NCBI GenBank assembly: GCA_024137785.1
Contig: JAHRHZ010000108.1
Location: 2,758,855 to 2,822,854 of the forward strand
Direction of reading: 5' to 3'
DNA: 64,000 nucleotides
Source of the DNA: Ginglymostoma cirratum
Taxonomy: Eukaryota
Below are positions 1-11,939 of the stretch, piece by piece. The stretch's first letter is position 1, and the number at the start of each line of letters is the position of its first letter. The notes under the pieces are model-generated. The model did not search any database and was not told the origin of the DNA. It saw nothing but the letters and a program-made list of their open reading frames with translations. A program made the translations under genes and the position numbers.

Positions 1-115
1 GGTCCAGACCCGAAACGTCAGCTTTCCTGCTCCTCTGATGCTGCCTGGCCTGCTGTGTTCATCCAGCTCTGCACCTTGTCTCAGATTCTCCAGCATCTGC
101 AGTTCCTACCGTCTC
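1..115 (+). mobile_element. PLE family A terminal repeat, cut by the window edge
   Basis: GACCCGAAACGTCAGCTTTCCTGCTCCTCTGATGCTGC...CAGTTCCTAC matches the terminus of 25341-27447. Confidence 0.85.
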
Positions 116-1039
116 TGGGAGTTTCTCAAGTTTGCAAAAACGTATTGCAGCTAAAGTTAACAAAAACGTGAAACGGTTTATGAAGGCTGACACAGGGGCG
201 TTCGGGAAATAAAAGGCAGCAAGGTGTAGCAGCCTTGAGACGGGGAGAATAGAATAATGGTGAACGCACAGGCCATCACATGATATAGTGAGATGAGAAT
301 TGGACTGTGACTGGCGGTGGGAGGGGTTCACCAGATGAGAACCAGGATAAAAGAGAGCCTCGTCGGGAAAGGCCATTCGGTGGAGAAGAACCAGAATTCC
401 TGATTTCTCTTTTGTTTTTGAATCTCAAAGCACATTCTCGTTGCATCACTGAAACCTGGAGCATTTTAATTCTTTTACAGGTCAGTGTCCCTGACTGATT
501 TTGACACATACATCAATATGCAGGGAATAGAAGGATACAGACCGTGCAGAGGCAAAAGCTTTTTAGTCAGCACAGGGTTGGTGAGCCGAAGGGCCTGTTG
601 CACAGCGGTACTGTTCCTTCATTGTTATGAAGTGCAAAAGACTCAGCTGGTCCTCGCTTTTTGATGTACCAATAAGCACAGATCTTACAGGATATTTTTT
701 CCTTCGAATTTGTGTTTCTCTGGGACTAGGTCTAATTGGTCCTAACATTCAGATTTGGACCTTGAACATGGACCATCAGGGCCACATTCATGGAGCACCA
801 TTACCGGATGCCTTTCATCCCTGATTTGAAGTACATCTCCATTTGTGGCGATGCCTTCAGCTGCCTGAGTTCTGGGATTTCCTCCTTAAACCTCTCCATC
901 TTTCTACATCACTTTCCTGCTTTTTCACAGTCCCTAAACCCACTTCTTTGGCCAGGATTTCAGACCTAATATGTGCCTAGGACCCTGTCAAACTCCTTGG
1001 GACAATTTTATTCTGTGGAAACGTAAGTTGGTGTTGTTC

Positions 1040-1329
1040 AGCCTAACGTGATCAGTGAGCAAGTGAGTGTATGAATGTAACTCAGAGGGACACGGTTTGT
1101 TGGAACAGACCTGGGGACGGGAAGTTCTGAACTAACCACTGGACTTTCTGTAAAATTGTAATAAAATGGTTCTTTCCACACATTTGATATTACTAACCAA
1201 AGTAATTCAAGGTGATTTATTGATTTTGAGACGCATTATTTGTTCAGATTAGAATTGCAGGCCTACAGCTCATAAGCAGTGTTCCCAGAGATCTTTATTT
1301 GTGTATGTCACCTCTCCAGCAATTGTTCC

Positions 1330-1365
<36 letters not shown>

Positions 1366-2220
1366 CCCCTTAAGTTGTTTTGCTTTTAAGTGAACAGTCC
1401 CTGCTAAATTGAACCTGATGATCCCTGAGGTACACTCTTGCACAATGAATGACCTCACATGAAGTCAGCGGTGAAGGGGGTGGGGAGGGGGCGATACGGG
1501 GAATCACTGATTGAGTGAATGAAACTGTTTACTGCGGAGGGCTGGCGAGGCCAGAGTATTAAGCGTATATCAGGCTGAGAGAGTTTTTTTTATCAGGAAG
1601 GGGAAATACAGTTTAGGGGGGAGAGGGCAGGAAAGTGGAGTTGAAGACAATCATTCAGCCATGGTGTCATTGAATAGCAGAGCAGACTCGATGGGCCAAA
1701 TGGCCAGCTTCTATATCTACGTCTTAATGAGTCGGCCTCCCGAGTCAGGTTTCGGCGAGCTGGTTGCAGGGGAGTTAGCTCCTTGACTCTGGCTATTTGG
1801 CATCAAGTGGCCTGTCATAGAGTCGGGCAAGTGCCTGAAGAGCACACTGGCACAAGGGTCATTGCTGCCCCGTAATCCGTGACTTTGGTGTTATTTATGG
1901 GAGTTTGGGGTTGGGGAGGGGGCACAGTCACGGTGTCAGTTCTGTGTTGGCTTAATGAGTGAGTGAGTCTGTACAAATGTAACTCAGATAGATGCAGCTT
2001 ATTAGAACAGACCTGGGGAGGAAGAAGCTCTGAACTAACCTCTGGGGTTTCTGTTCTCCATATTAATAGGATTCTTTACAACTGTTTGACAGTACAAACA
2101 AAAGTAATGAAAGATGATTTGTTGATGTGAGCCACTTTATTTCATTGGATTGCAATTGTAAGCTCACAGCACACAATCACTGTTTTCTGCAATTTGGTTT
2201 TATTTTATGTGCCATTTATG
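1040..2220 (+). repeat. Diverged direct duplication, about 270 bp (1040-1310 and 1945-2220)
   Basis: Shared GTGAGT..ATGTAACTCAGA..GAACAGACCTGGGGA..CTGAACTAACC..AAAGTAAT. Confidence 0.75.
1333..1360. repeat. (TG)n microsatellite
   Basis: Direct reading. Confidence 0.95.
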
Positions 2221-5200
2221 ATTTGCTTTTTATTTTTGTGTTAAACTTGTCTCATAATTTTTATCTCGTAAATGTTGATTGAAACCAAAGTGATTGTGCT
2301 TTGCTTCTGTTGGGTGACGCTGAAGATATGAGAATTCATGCAACACTTTACAGTGGCTGAACTAAACTCAGCCACATGGGTAGAGTGACACTCATTTAGA
2401 TAGGGTGGCACAGTGGCTCAGCTGGTAGCACTGGTGCCTCACAGGGCCAGTGACTAGGGTTCAATTCCAGCCTCGGGCAACTGTCTGCATGGAGGTTGCA
2501 CATTCTCCCTGTGTCTATGTGGGTTTCTTCCCACCATCCAAAATTGCGCAGGTTAGGTGGATTGGCCATTGTTAAATTGCCCATTGTGTCCAGGGCTGTG
2601 TAGGTTAAGTGGGTTAGTCATGGGGAAATGCAGGGTTACAAAGACAGGACAGAATGGGGAGGTGAGTCCGGGTGGGATACTGTTGTTGGGCCGCATGGCC
2701 TGGTTCCACACCTTAGGGATTCCATGAAAATTATCAAATAAGAAATGTAACTGGAGCAGGGTGATTCGTCTATATATGGTATAACTGCTTGGGCCTAGAT
2801 TGGTGGAAAGAACAAACAATTCCAAATATGGAGGGTGGATGAAGTCATATGCTGGACAGAGAGTCCAATATGTAGGTAACCTGAGGAGACACTGAGTTCA
2901 GCCACAGCTCCAGAAGCTAACAATCACAAAGAAGTGAGGGAACCCCACGTCAGGAGATGTGGTAAAGACACCGAGAGGAGTACACCCCCAGCGAACAGAC
3001 AACTCTCCCAGGTAATAGCATTGTTGTAGATTCAGGGAATCCAGAAGGTAGTGGTTGTGATCTCTCAGTATTATACCATAGTAGTGTTTGCACCAGTGAT
3101 CATTAATAAAGTTGCACTTGTTAAAGAACCCTGAGCAACTCCGTTGTTCTCTATCCACCAACTGTTGTCTTTCAGAGACAGGCAACAAAATCTGCTGTTC
3201 ACTGGGTGGGCTCAAGGGATAATGTAGAAATGGTTGGTCGGATATAACAGAATCAGAAATTTCTGGAAAAGCTCAGCAAGTCGGGCATCATCTGTGGAGA
3301 GAAATCACGAGTTACCATTTTGGGTCGTGAGTGACCCTTCCTCAGCAATTTTTGAAGGAAGGAGGGGAGGGGGGTCAGTCACTCAACCCAAAGTGTTAAC
3401 TCTTGATTTCTTTCCATCGATGCAGCCCGACCTGCTGCGCTTTTCCAGCAACTTCTGTTTCTGATTCATAGCATCTGCAGTTCTTTCGGTTTCGAGGTGG
3501 TAAGGGCGTACATTGGAAGATTGGACGGGCAGCCAGCAGCGAGAACAGAAGCTGTGAAAGGAGGCAGGCAAGCTTCAAGAAGGGATGAAACGTCTGACGG
3601 AGAAGGTTGAGAATTTTCAGAGTCAGAGAGCTGTGAACCTGATGCCTATAAAATAATGTCAAGTGCAGCGTGAAAAATCAAGGGAGAAGGGGGGAAGGAG
3701 AAAAGTTTTTTTTATCCTTTATACATTCACAGGATGAAGGGTCACTGACCAGGCAGCAATTATTGCTCATCCCTAATTGCCCAGAGGATAGTTAAGCGTC
3801 AACCACATCGCTGTGGGTCTGGAGTCACATGTAGGCCAGATCAGGTAAGGATGGCAGTTTCCTTCCCGAAAGGACATTAGTGAAGCAGATGGGTTTTTCA
3901 GACAATCGATTCACGGTCAGCATTAGATTCTTAATTCCAGATATTTATTGAATTCAAATTCCACCATCTGCCGTGGTGAGATTTGAACCTGGGTCCCCAG
4001 AACATTATCTGGGTCTCTGGACTAACGGACCAGTGATAATACCACTGAGTCATCGCCTCCCCCAAAACCCTAGGAAATGGGATGCCTTCACCAAGTCAAA
4101 AGACAAAAAGCCTCGAAGAAAGAAAGATGGAAGGACGCCCATCCCACAACCGACATGGGTTAAGGGAAGGGATGGACGATTAGGATTGGCTCCTAATGTG
4201 CATGAATTGGCCAAAGAGGTGCAGAAACTGAGGTCATAAATAATGTACTCATGAGAGGAAAAATAATAATAATAATAACTGGAAATAAGAGCAGAAATTG
4301 CTTTACAGGGGACCAAGGGAAATGACATGAAGATTATCGGAGCATTACATCTCAGAGGAGCTGGGCTGATGGCCATTGTGATCACCCTCCTCCAGAGGGA
4401 AACCAAAGGGAAATAGCTGCAGGATAAGGGGGATGGGGTAATGTGTAATAATCATAATGAATAGCGCGTCCCAGGCGGACAGATGTTATAGCTCATTTGT
4501 GAAGATGGCTTCAGCCTTAACATCTCACCCTCTCAGGCTAGGATAGTAATGAGGACAGCAGGTACACTGTACAGGATAACAGGATTACCACTCTGAGGTG
4601 GAACCCACGTGAAATTGCAGGGGTTTGGCAGCAAGAGAAATTGGACACAGATCCTTAGTGACGCAGTTTGATGCCAAGGCAATGGGCAGGTTGGATGCTG
4701 TTGGAGGAAAATACCAAAGAGTTGTCTTGAGCCCTGTGTTTAGTAAACCAATCCAACTTTATTTAGAGCTCTCTACCACGTAGCATGGGAGAGGCCCCTC
4801 TCTAAGAAACCCTTGTTTCCTCAACCAAATACAGCATTTTTATGCATTTTGCATTAAAATAACGACATGTGACATTGATGCCATTATTAGCCACATCTCC
4901 CGATTTATACATCCAATCCTGTAAACACACAATCAATGATGCACAGCTCCATGGACAGCCCTAGATCCTCCCACAATCTCATGATATCTACCAGACACCT
5001 CCATCATCCATCCATGGGATCTTACATTGCATCTGACTGGCATACGCCTTCCCATACATTTACCAGCTACACCATGTTAATAGCTAATAAACTGGACACT
5101 TAGTTACCATGATGGCCTCTTGAAAATTCCCGACTTACCTTATTATGAATGAGACAAAAGGATGCTAATTTCTACCAATTGTTATAAAATTTGTTCCAAA

Positions 5201-8200
5201 ATAAAGTTACATAGTTACACTTAACATTATAGCTCTTTAAGAAGGCTGACAAATAAGGGGGCAGCTTCTCCTATATTTGACCCTGGGAGATCATACACTG
5301 TGTCTCTGTTTTGCAGCTGAACTTTATGACCCCCACTATTGTTTGCATGCTGTAAATTGGTCTTAAACCAGAAGGTTAATTCTCGATAAACCTTACCGTC
5401 TCTATCCTAAGCCAAGTCTTTTTACTAAATAAGACAGCGTCTCTTCAAATTCCATTAGTGAGGTTGAAATTCAGTCATTGCCACCTTTCCATTGATCTTT
5501 GGATGCAAGGATTCGCACTTGAGCTGCAATTGTTTATTTTCCATGTTTTACAACCTCTTTTGCTCTCTTTGGTAGTTGTCTGTTTACACCATTTGTCACT
5601 CCATCTTCATTGCGAGGGGGCCTCTTTTCATTATTTAAGGTTGGCTACTCATAAAAACTTGACTAAATCCCCACCTGGATGTTTGTGGGTTGCATTTCAC
5701 AATACTCATATGGGTATGTTTAACATGTAATGAAAATTACCTGACGAGTCTAGATCATTGTGGGATCATACATATCTTTTGATTCTCTGTAGACTACAAC
5801 CTTCAGGCTGGTTATTAATAGGCATCACTTCATAGAATCCCTACCAGGTGGGAGCAGGTAACACTGATCCTCCGAAGAGCATCCCACCCAGACCCATCCC
5901 ATCCCTGCAACCCTGCATTTCCCAAGGCTAATCTACTTAACCTACACATCCCTGCTTACTACAGGCAACTTAGCATGGCCAGTCCACCTAATCCACACAT
6001 CTTCGGAAACTGAAGGAGACCCACACAGACACAAGGAGGATGTACAAACTCCACACACACAGTCGCCCGAGGGTGGGATCGAACACAGGTATGTGGCACT
6101 GTGAGGCAGCAGTGTAGGAATCTGTACAGTGCGGAAGCAGACCATTCGACCCGTCGAGTCTACATTGAGCCTCCAAAGAGCTACCAGCTCCACCACCCCT
6201 CGCCTATCCCACAAACCCTTTATCTAGGATTTTCAAGGATGTTTTCTATCAGAAATTCACGTGTGTTAAAGCTGCCTGTCGACAGAAATTGTATTAAATT
6301 CATTAATGTCTAATATATCAAAACTAAAACCACCATTATTATTGTATGAATATATATATTTGTGTGTAATTATTTATGTAATTTACAACTGCCTGAAAAT
6401 GTTTTAGTTAATTCGGTCCCGTTTCCCCCTCTACTCTGTATTAAATTGAACTTTTACATCAACTGGCTACAAAGGTTTGCATCTGTGCCTCCCTTATAAA
6501 AGATGCCTGACTACACTCCCCTGTCTTCTCTCTTTTATTTTCTCATCCAGGGCCTCTGTATGGAGGCCACAAGTCTGGGTGTGAACATCTGCTATAGGTA
6601 ACTCAACCCCTTTTGGCCATCTCTAAAAGCTCTGGGCTGCCATTTTGCCATCTTTACTCATAGGCCATTACAACAGCATGAAACACGAGCTAAATGAAAA
6701 CCGAAAGAACTGTGGATGCTGCAAATCAGGAATAAAAATAGAAGTTTCTGGAAAAGCTCAGCAGGTCTGGCAGCATTAACTCTGATTTTATTTCTTCACA
6801 GATGCTACAAGACCTGCTGAGCCTTTTCAGCAATCTGTGCTTTTGTTCATGAAACACAAGCTCCTTTACAATTGGGTTTAGAGACAGAAAGAACAACAGG
6901 AATGCTGGAAATGAGCTGCCAAAACTGAGATTGACTGAAAGTGTTTAAATTTGCAGTTTGATAATGACTGTGGATATTACAGTCTGATGATTTAAAATGT
7001 TATGTGCCATTCCTGATGCTCATAACGCAAAGCTATAACAAAACCAACTAGCATTTGTATTGAATTATTCATGCAGTAAACCTCCCTAGGTGCTTCACCG
7101 ATAGCCAGAAGCTCAGCTGAAGAGGTCAATTTTAAGCAGCATCTTAAAAGAGGAGATTTAAGGAGGGAATCCAGAGCTCAGGGACTTGGTGGCTGAAAGC
7201 ACTTCACTAATGGTGGTTTGATTAATATGTGAGATAAGAATGGGTCAGAACTGGAGGAGAGCAGCGAGCTTGGAACATCTTACAGCTGCAGGATGATCTG
7301 GAGATGGTCACGGAGAGAATGGTTGCTTTCTTGCAACACCGCTCTGAAATGCATTCATGTGGACAATGATCAAGGCAGCGCAGGAGATGTCTGCTCCTTA
7401 AACAGGATGACAGACACTGTATCTCTGGCCTTAAAAGAAGCCACTTGATCTGCAGCAAGCCGGCAGAGCCAAAGTCATGATGTCATTTTTTATTCATGTA
7501 TGGGTTGTGGATGAATCCTGGCTTGGTCAGCATTTACTGCCCATCCCTAATTGCCCAGAGGGCAGTTAAGAGTCAACCACATTGCTGTGGGTCTGGAGTT
7601 ACATGTAGGCCAGACCAGGTAAGGATTGGCAGTTTCCTTCCCCAAAAGACATCAGTGAACCAGATGGGTTTTTCCAACATAATTGACACTACATGGTCAT
7701 CATTAGACTCTTAATTCCAGACATTTTGTTTGTTGATTTCAAATTCCACAATCTGGCATGGTGGGATTCAAACCCAGTTCCCCTGAACGTTATCTGGCTG
7801 TCTGGATTAACAGTCCAGTGATAATACTAGCAGGCCCAGGATAGGATAGGAAGGGAAAAAGGAAAGGAGGAAGGGAAGGGAAGAAGGAGCCACAAATGTA
7901 TTGTCATCTCGAGGTTCCTGTATGGTGGCTCTGGTACAGTTTTTGTGCTTGCATTCTGACACACCTATCATGGTACCAATGCCAATGAGTTGTTACCACT
8001 GTTGTTCTTAGTGAATTACCACAGTGCAAATGTAGACTTGTTTGGCCACTGGTAAACAACAAGAATGGGAGAATTTTCAACAGCGATACATTATCAGAGA
8101 GCATTGAACTATTGAATGAATCCTGAATGAGTTCATTTCATTAATGTAACGAAAGGACATCATTACAGATGGGTATCTAAGCATTGTCATATTTGCCGCT

Positions 8201-8479
8201 TCATTGAATCCCTACAGTGTGGAAGCAGGCCATCTGACCCGTTGCGTCCACACCGAACCTCCGAAGAGCATTGCACCCAGCCCCGCCGCCTCCCCCCACC
8301 CCCGATCACTGCATTGCCCATGGCTAATCGCAGCCTGTACACCTTTGATGCTGTGGGAGGAGACCCACGCAGAAGCGGGGAGAATGTGCAAACACCACAT
8401 AATATCTGAGGGTGGAATCAAACTGGGTCCCACTCGCTGTGAGACAGCAGTGCGAACCACCGAGGCAGCTCAACGACTC

Positions 8480-8705
8480 AGTGTTTTGCAAAAGGCCAAG
8501 TACATGGAGTTGTTCAGGGAATTTTGGGACAACCTAGGGAGGTGACTACGCACCTTTCCTGGTGAATGTGTCATGATTGGAGAGATGCTCCCCCCCAACC
8601 TTCTTGTCATCACTCTGTGCCCTTAGAAGGGCAATTTCTGGTTGTTTGAGAATAGGTACTTGGTCACCCTCCTCAGCATGGACTGCAAGATTCTTCACCA
8701 GGGCT
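8480..8705 (+). mobile_element. Tx1-like RT fragment, inverted relative to the adjacent LINE
   Basis: FWDNLG...VITLCP*KG...VTLLSMDCKIL resembles the RT N-terminal ITLLPKKG..ITLLNTDYKIL. Confidence 0.55.
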
Positions 8706-10710
8706 CGCCTGGGCATTGCTCAGGCCTAGAACAGTCCCTCCTCTTGAAGGTGTAACTGAAATGTCCCCAGAGGGGAATGAGTTCACCCTGGCCAATGGAG
8801 CTAAGAAGAGTAGACACTTCCTCAAAATAGCACAGAGGTCCCATCCAGGAGTTCACGAAGGGAAGCAAAGTGCCTCCAACATGAACACTGAGTTGGAGCA
8901 GCAGCCTGCACATGCCCCTTCACCCTCATCCTTCACCCTCAAGATCCGCGGCTGTAACAGAGGCGCCAACAAGACAGCTGCTCCGCCAGAACCGGATGCC
9001 CAGTGACTCAGGAAGACCCTTCCCTGCCACTCCGAGAGCCGTGTAGTTTTGTCTCCTCTGAAGGAATGGGTTTCTTAGTGGGAAGCTCACTGCGTACTCC
9101 ACCCAGGAGCCAGCAGATACAAAATCTGTGATGCTGGCTCTTTCCTACTGCCGTTGATGTTGAAGCTAGCTGTGGACATCTTTGTGGCTGCAGTATGTAC
9201 CACCACCACCAGTGAAACTCGACTCACTGAGGGTCTCTGTGAGGAAACTTTGGCACGTTCTCGGTTCACTCCCGGGGGCTACTAATTGCTGCATCCGGGC
9301 TGGCGTGACTCGAAATGGTAGAGAACTCCCACTGGTCCGTAGCTAACTGGATTCTTGTCCTGGCAACCGAGCATCAGTCACAAACAATCCTGGAGTTCCC
9401 CAGACAGGGGATGAGGCATCTTTGTCCATGACCACTATGTCTCTTGCTCTATGTACCTCATCTGACTCTGTGGGACTCCTCCAGACTCCAGACCCAGCCC
9501 CCTGTGCTGAGTGTGAAGGGTGATCCGGGGTCACCAGTTTGACCCCAACTCTCCCCCTCCAATCCTGGACCTCACTTCCAGGGTCAACAGCAGGAGGATC
9601 CGTTTCAGGGACCTCCGAGTCTTCAAAAATACCGGACCGCTGTTAAAACGTCAAACAAAACCTCAGGCCCGCTGGGTGCCAGAGGTTCGGAAATCTGCTC
9701 CACTTCCCAAGGCCAGGCCGCCCCCTCTGTGTCTTGGGGGGAAAAAGAAATCCCCAAGCCAAGGTGCCCGATATAAAAGGTCCAAGAGGAGGAGGACTGC
9801 TCCTTCATTAATACCACACATAGTGCTCACATGGTTAACCACCCTCAGAAGGTGCAGGAACCATCAGGATCTTGGCGATACCTCAGCGATCATGCCCCAA
9901 CTCCGTCTCCAAGAAGCCTGTCCAGGTCCTGAGGGGGCCACGCCAAGGCTGAGTTTTGTGTCCTCCTCCCCAAAACAAGGAGGGAGAAGGGTTTTCGGGC
10001 GGATGCTACCCAGTGAAGCTGTTGTTAGTACCGGATGTCCCTGGTCCCTCAGACCCCAAGGACTGGCACCTTTTTTTCCAGGAGGGTGGGGTAACAAAGG
10101 GGCAGCCCCTATCATCCTGCTAAGCACACCCCCCACCCCCAACCCATCCCCGTCAACCTTCCTCCCATCTTTTGTTTCCCTCGTGGATCTCAGGACCCGG
10201 GGCTGGGCTTTCTTGATGGGTGTGGGGATGCTATCCCATGAAAGGGATCTCCCCCAACAGCCCACACAACCCCACTCTGCACCCCCCACCCCAGCCCCAC
10301 CGGCACCCTTAGCTAGTGCAGCTCCCTCCTGCAGGGGCTGAGGGGAGGGGGACGACACAACCAACCATGGTCACTCTGGTGGGGTGGGGGAAGATGGGGG
10401 TGGGAGGTGGGTACCAGCTTTTGAGACATGGTATTTCACCCAGAGGTGCCTCACTTCCTTACCGGGCGTGACACCACCCACCATACACTGTTCGCTGAAC
10501 CAGAGCGGCCTGCACGCAACTCCCTCATGCTCGTCTGTAAACATACCGTCCTCCCAGGTTGGACAGATCTACACCACAAGGGGTAAACGTGCCTCAGGGT
10601 TTGCCTCTTTCAGACCAAGTAGTAGCGGTGCTCTGCCTGTCCTTGCCTCCCCGAGCTCAGATGGAACAAAGGTTGGGGAGGTTTGACAAAATGACCATCT
10701 GGTCTCCATC
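8700..10710 (-). mobile_element. Decayed L1/Tx1-clade LINE: ORF1 remnant plus APE endonuclease start
   Basis: Minus strand ASFNING...ETH...EWQGRVFLSH..SGGAAVLL (APE motifs) at about 8950-9180; GC/Pro-rich ORF1-like sequence upstream. Confidence 0.7.
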
Positions 10711-10711
10711 C

Positions 10712-11060
10712 ACATGGATGAAGACAATCACCAGTTCAGTTGGGACAACACCAGGATCCTGGGACAGGCCAAGCAGAGACAAGCACAGGAATTCCTAGAG
10801 ACCTGGTTCTCCACTAAGAAAGCCATCAACAAACACATAGAGCTAGACACCATGTACACTCCATTGCGAAGGAAAACCAGAAGCGAGGTAACCCAGCTCA
10901 ACTGGACACCAGGGTTTAAATAACAGGAGGGAAAAACAAAACAGCGCTTCATCGCAGGCTGCACTGATGCAGGGTAATGAAACGCCTGCGGAACAACGAA
11001 CCAGCTTGGCAAGCCAACCAACCACAGATGTCCACAACCCGAGCTACAAATCTACTCAAA
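10712..11060 (+). mobile_element. Penelope-like element 3' fragment (different family), inserted in a Tx1-like LINE
   Basis: HQFSWDNTRILG..EFLETWFS..AINKH GIY-YIG C-terminus, followed by degenerate GCA-CTGATG...GAAAC-GCC-TGC at 10961-10989. Confidence 0.7.
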
Positions 11061-11774
11061 AAAAACCTTAGTTACATTCGAAGGAACTGCCCGAGCTTTT
11101 CAGTTGGATGAGTTAAAGAACGACAAAGGCCCTTGGAAAGATTGCGACCACCCTGGCCCCCTGTACAGGGTACCCCAGTCACAATTGCTCACTCAACCAG
11201 GATTGCCGCCACCCCTCGCACAAATAGTGGGAAAGGAACAGTAAGAAGTCTCATTAGGCCTCCTCACGAGCCAGTGCCGTCCCTTAGGCAGACATATCCT
11301 GACCTGCTGCACAACCCACAGGTCCCACACAACAGCTCCCCCCTCCCGTTGCCCAAAGGCAGCAGTCACTGGCAGTAAATGATGGTGGTATGGGTCACAG
11401 TCAGGAAGCAGTGACATGGAAAGGGCCTAGGCTTCAAACAGTCCCAGGCTCCAGACTACAAACCCTCACAGGCAAGATCCTAGGACCCAAGCTGTTAATA
11501 TCCAGGCCTGAAGAATATGCCAGAGCCCAGGGGGAGAGGGGTTGCTTTATGTCTTTACTGAAGCACCTTCTACTTACAGATATAGTTGGGCCAGAAAGTG
11601 GCTCTGGTCACCGGATTGCTCTTACATCTGAATCTTGTTAAAGAATCTCTTCTGATGCCGAGCTGGTGGAAGAGGAATCAAGCCATTAGCAAATGAAATT
11701 ACTTTAGTTCTTAAATAGGTGAATGTAAAAGAGAAGGTCACCAGTTTCATTGAGAACACAGCTACACTGGTTGA

Positions 11775-11939
<165 letters not shown>

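Noticed and set aside
9520-10341. 273-aa + strand ORF
   Set aside because: Antisense to the GC-rich ORF1 region of the decayed Tx1-like LINE; no domain signature.
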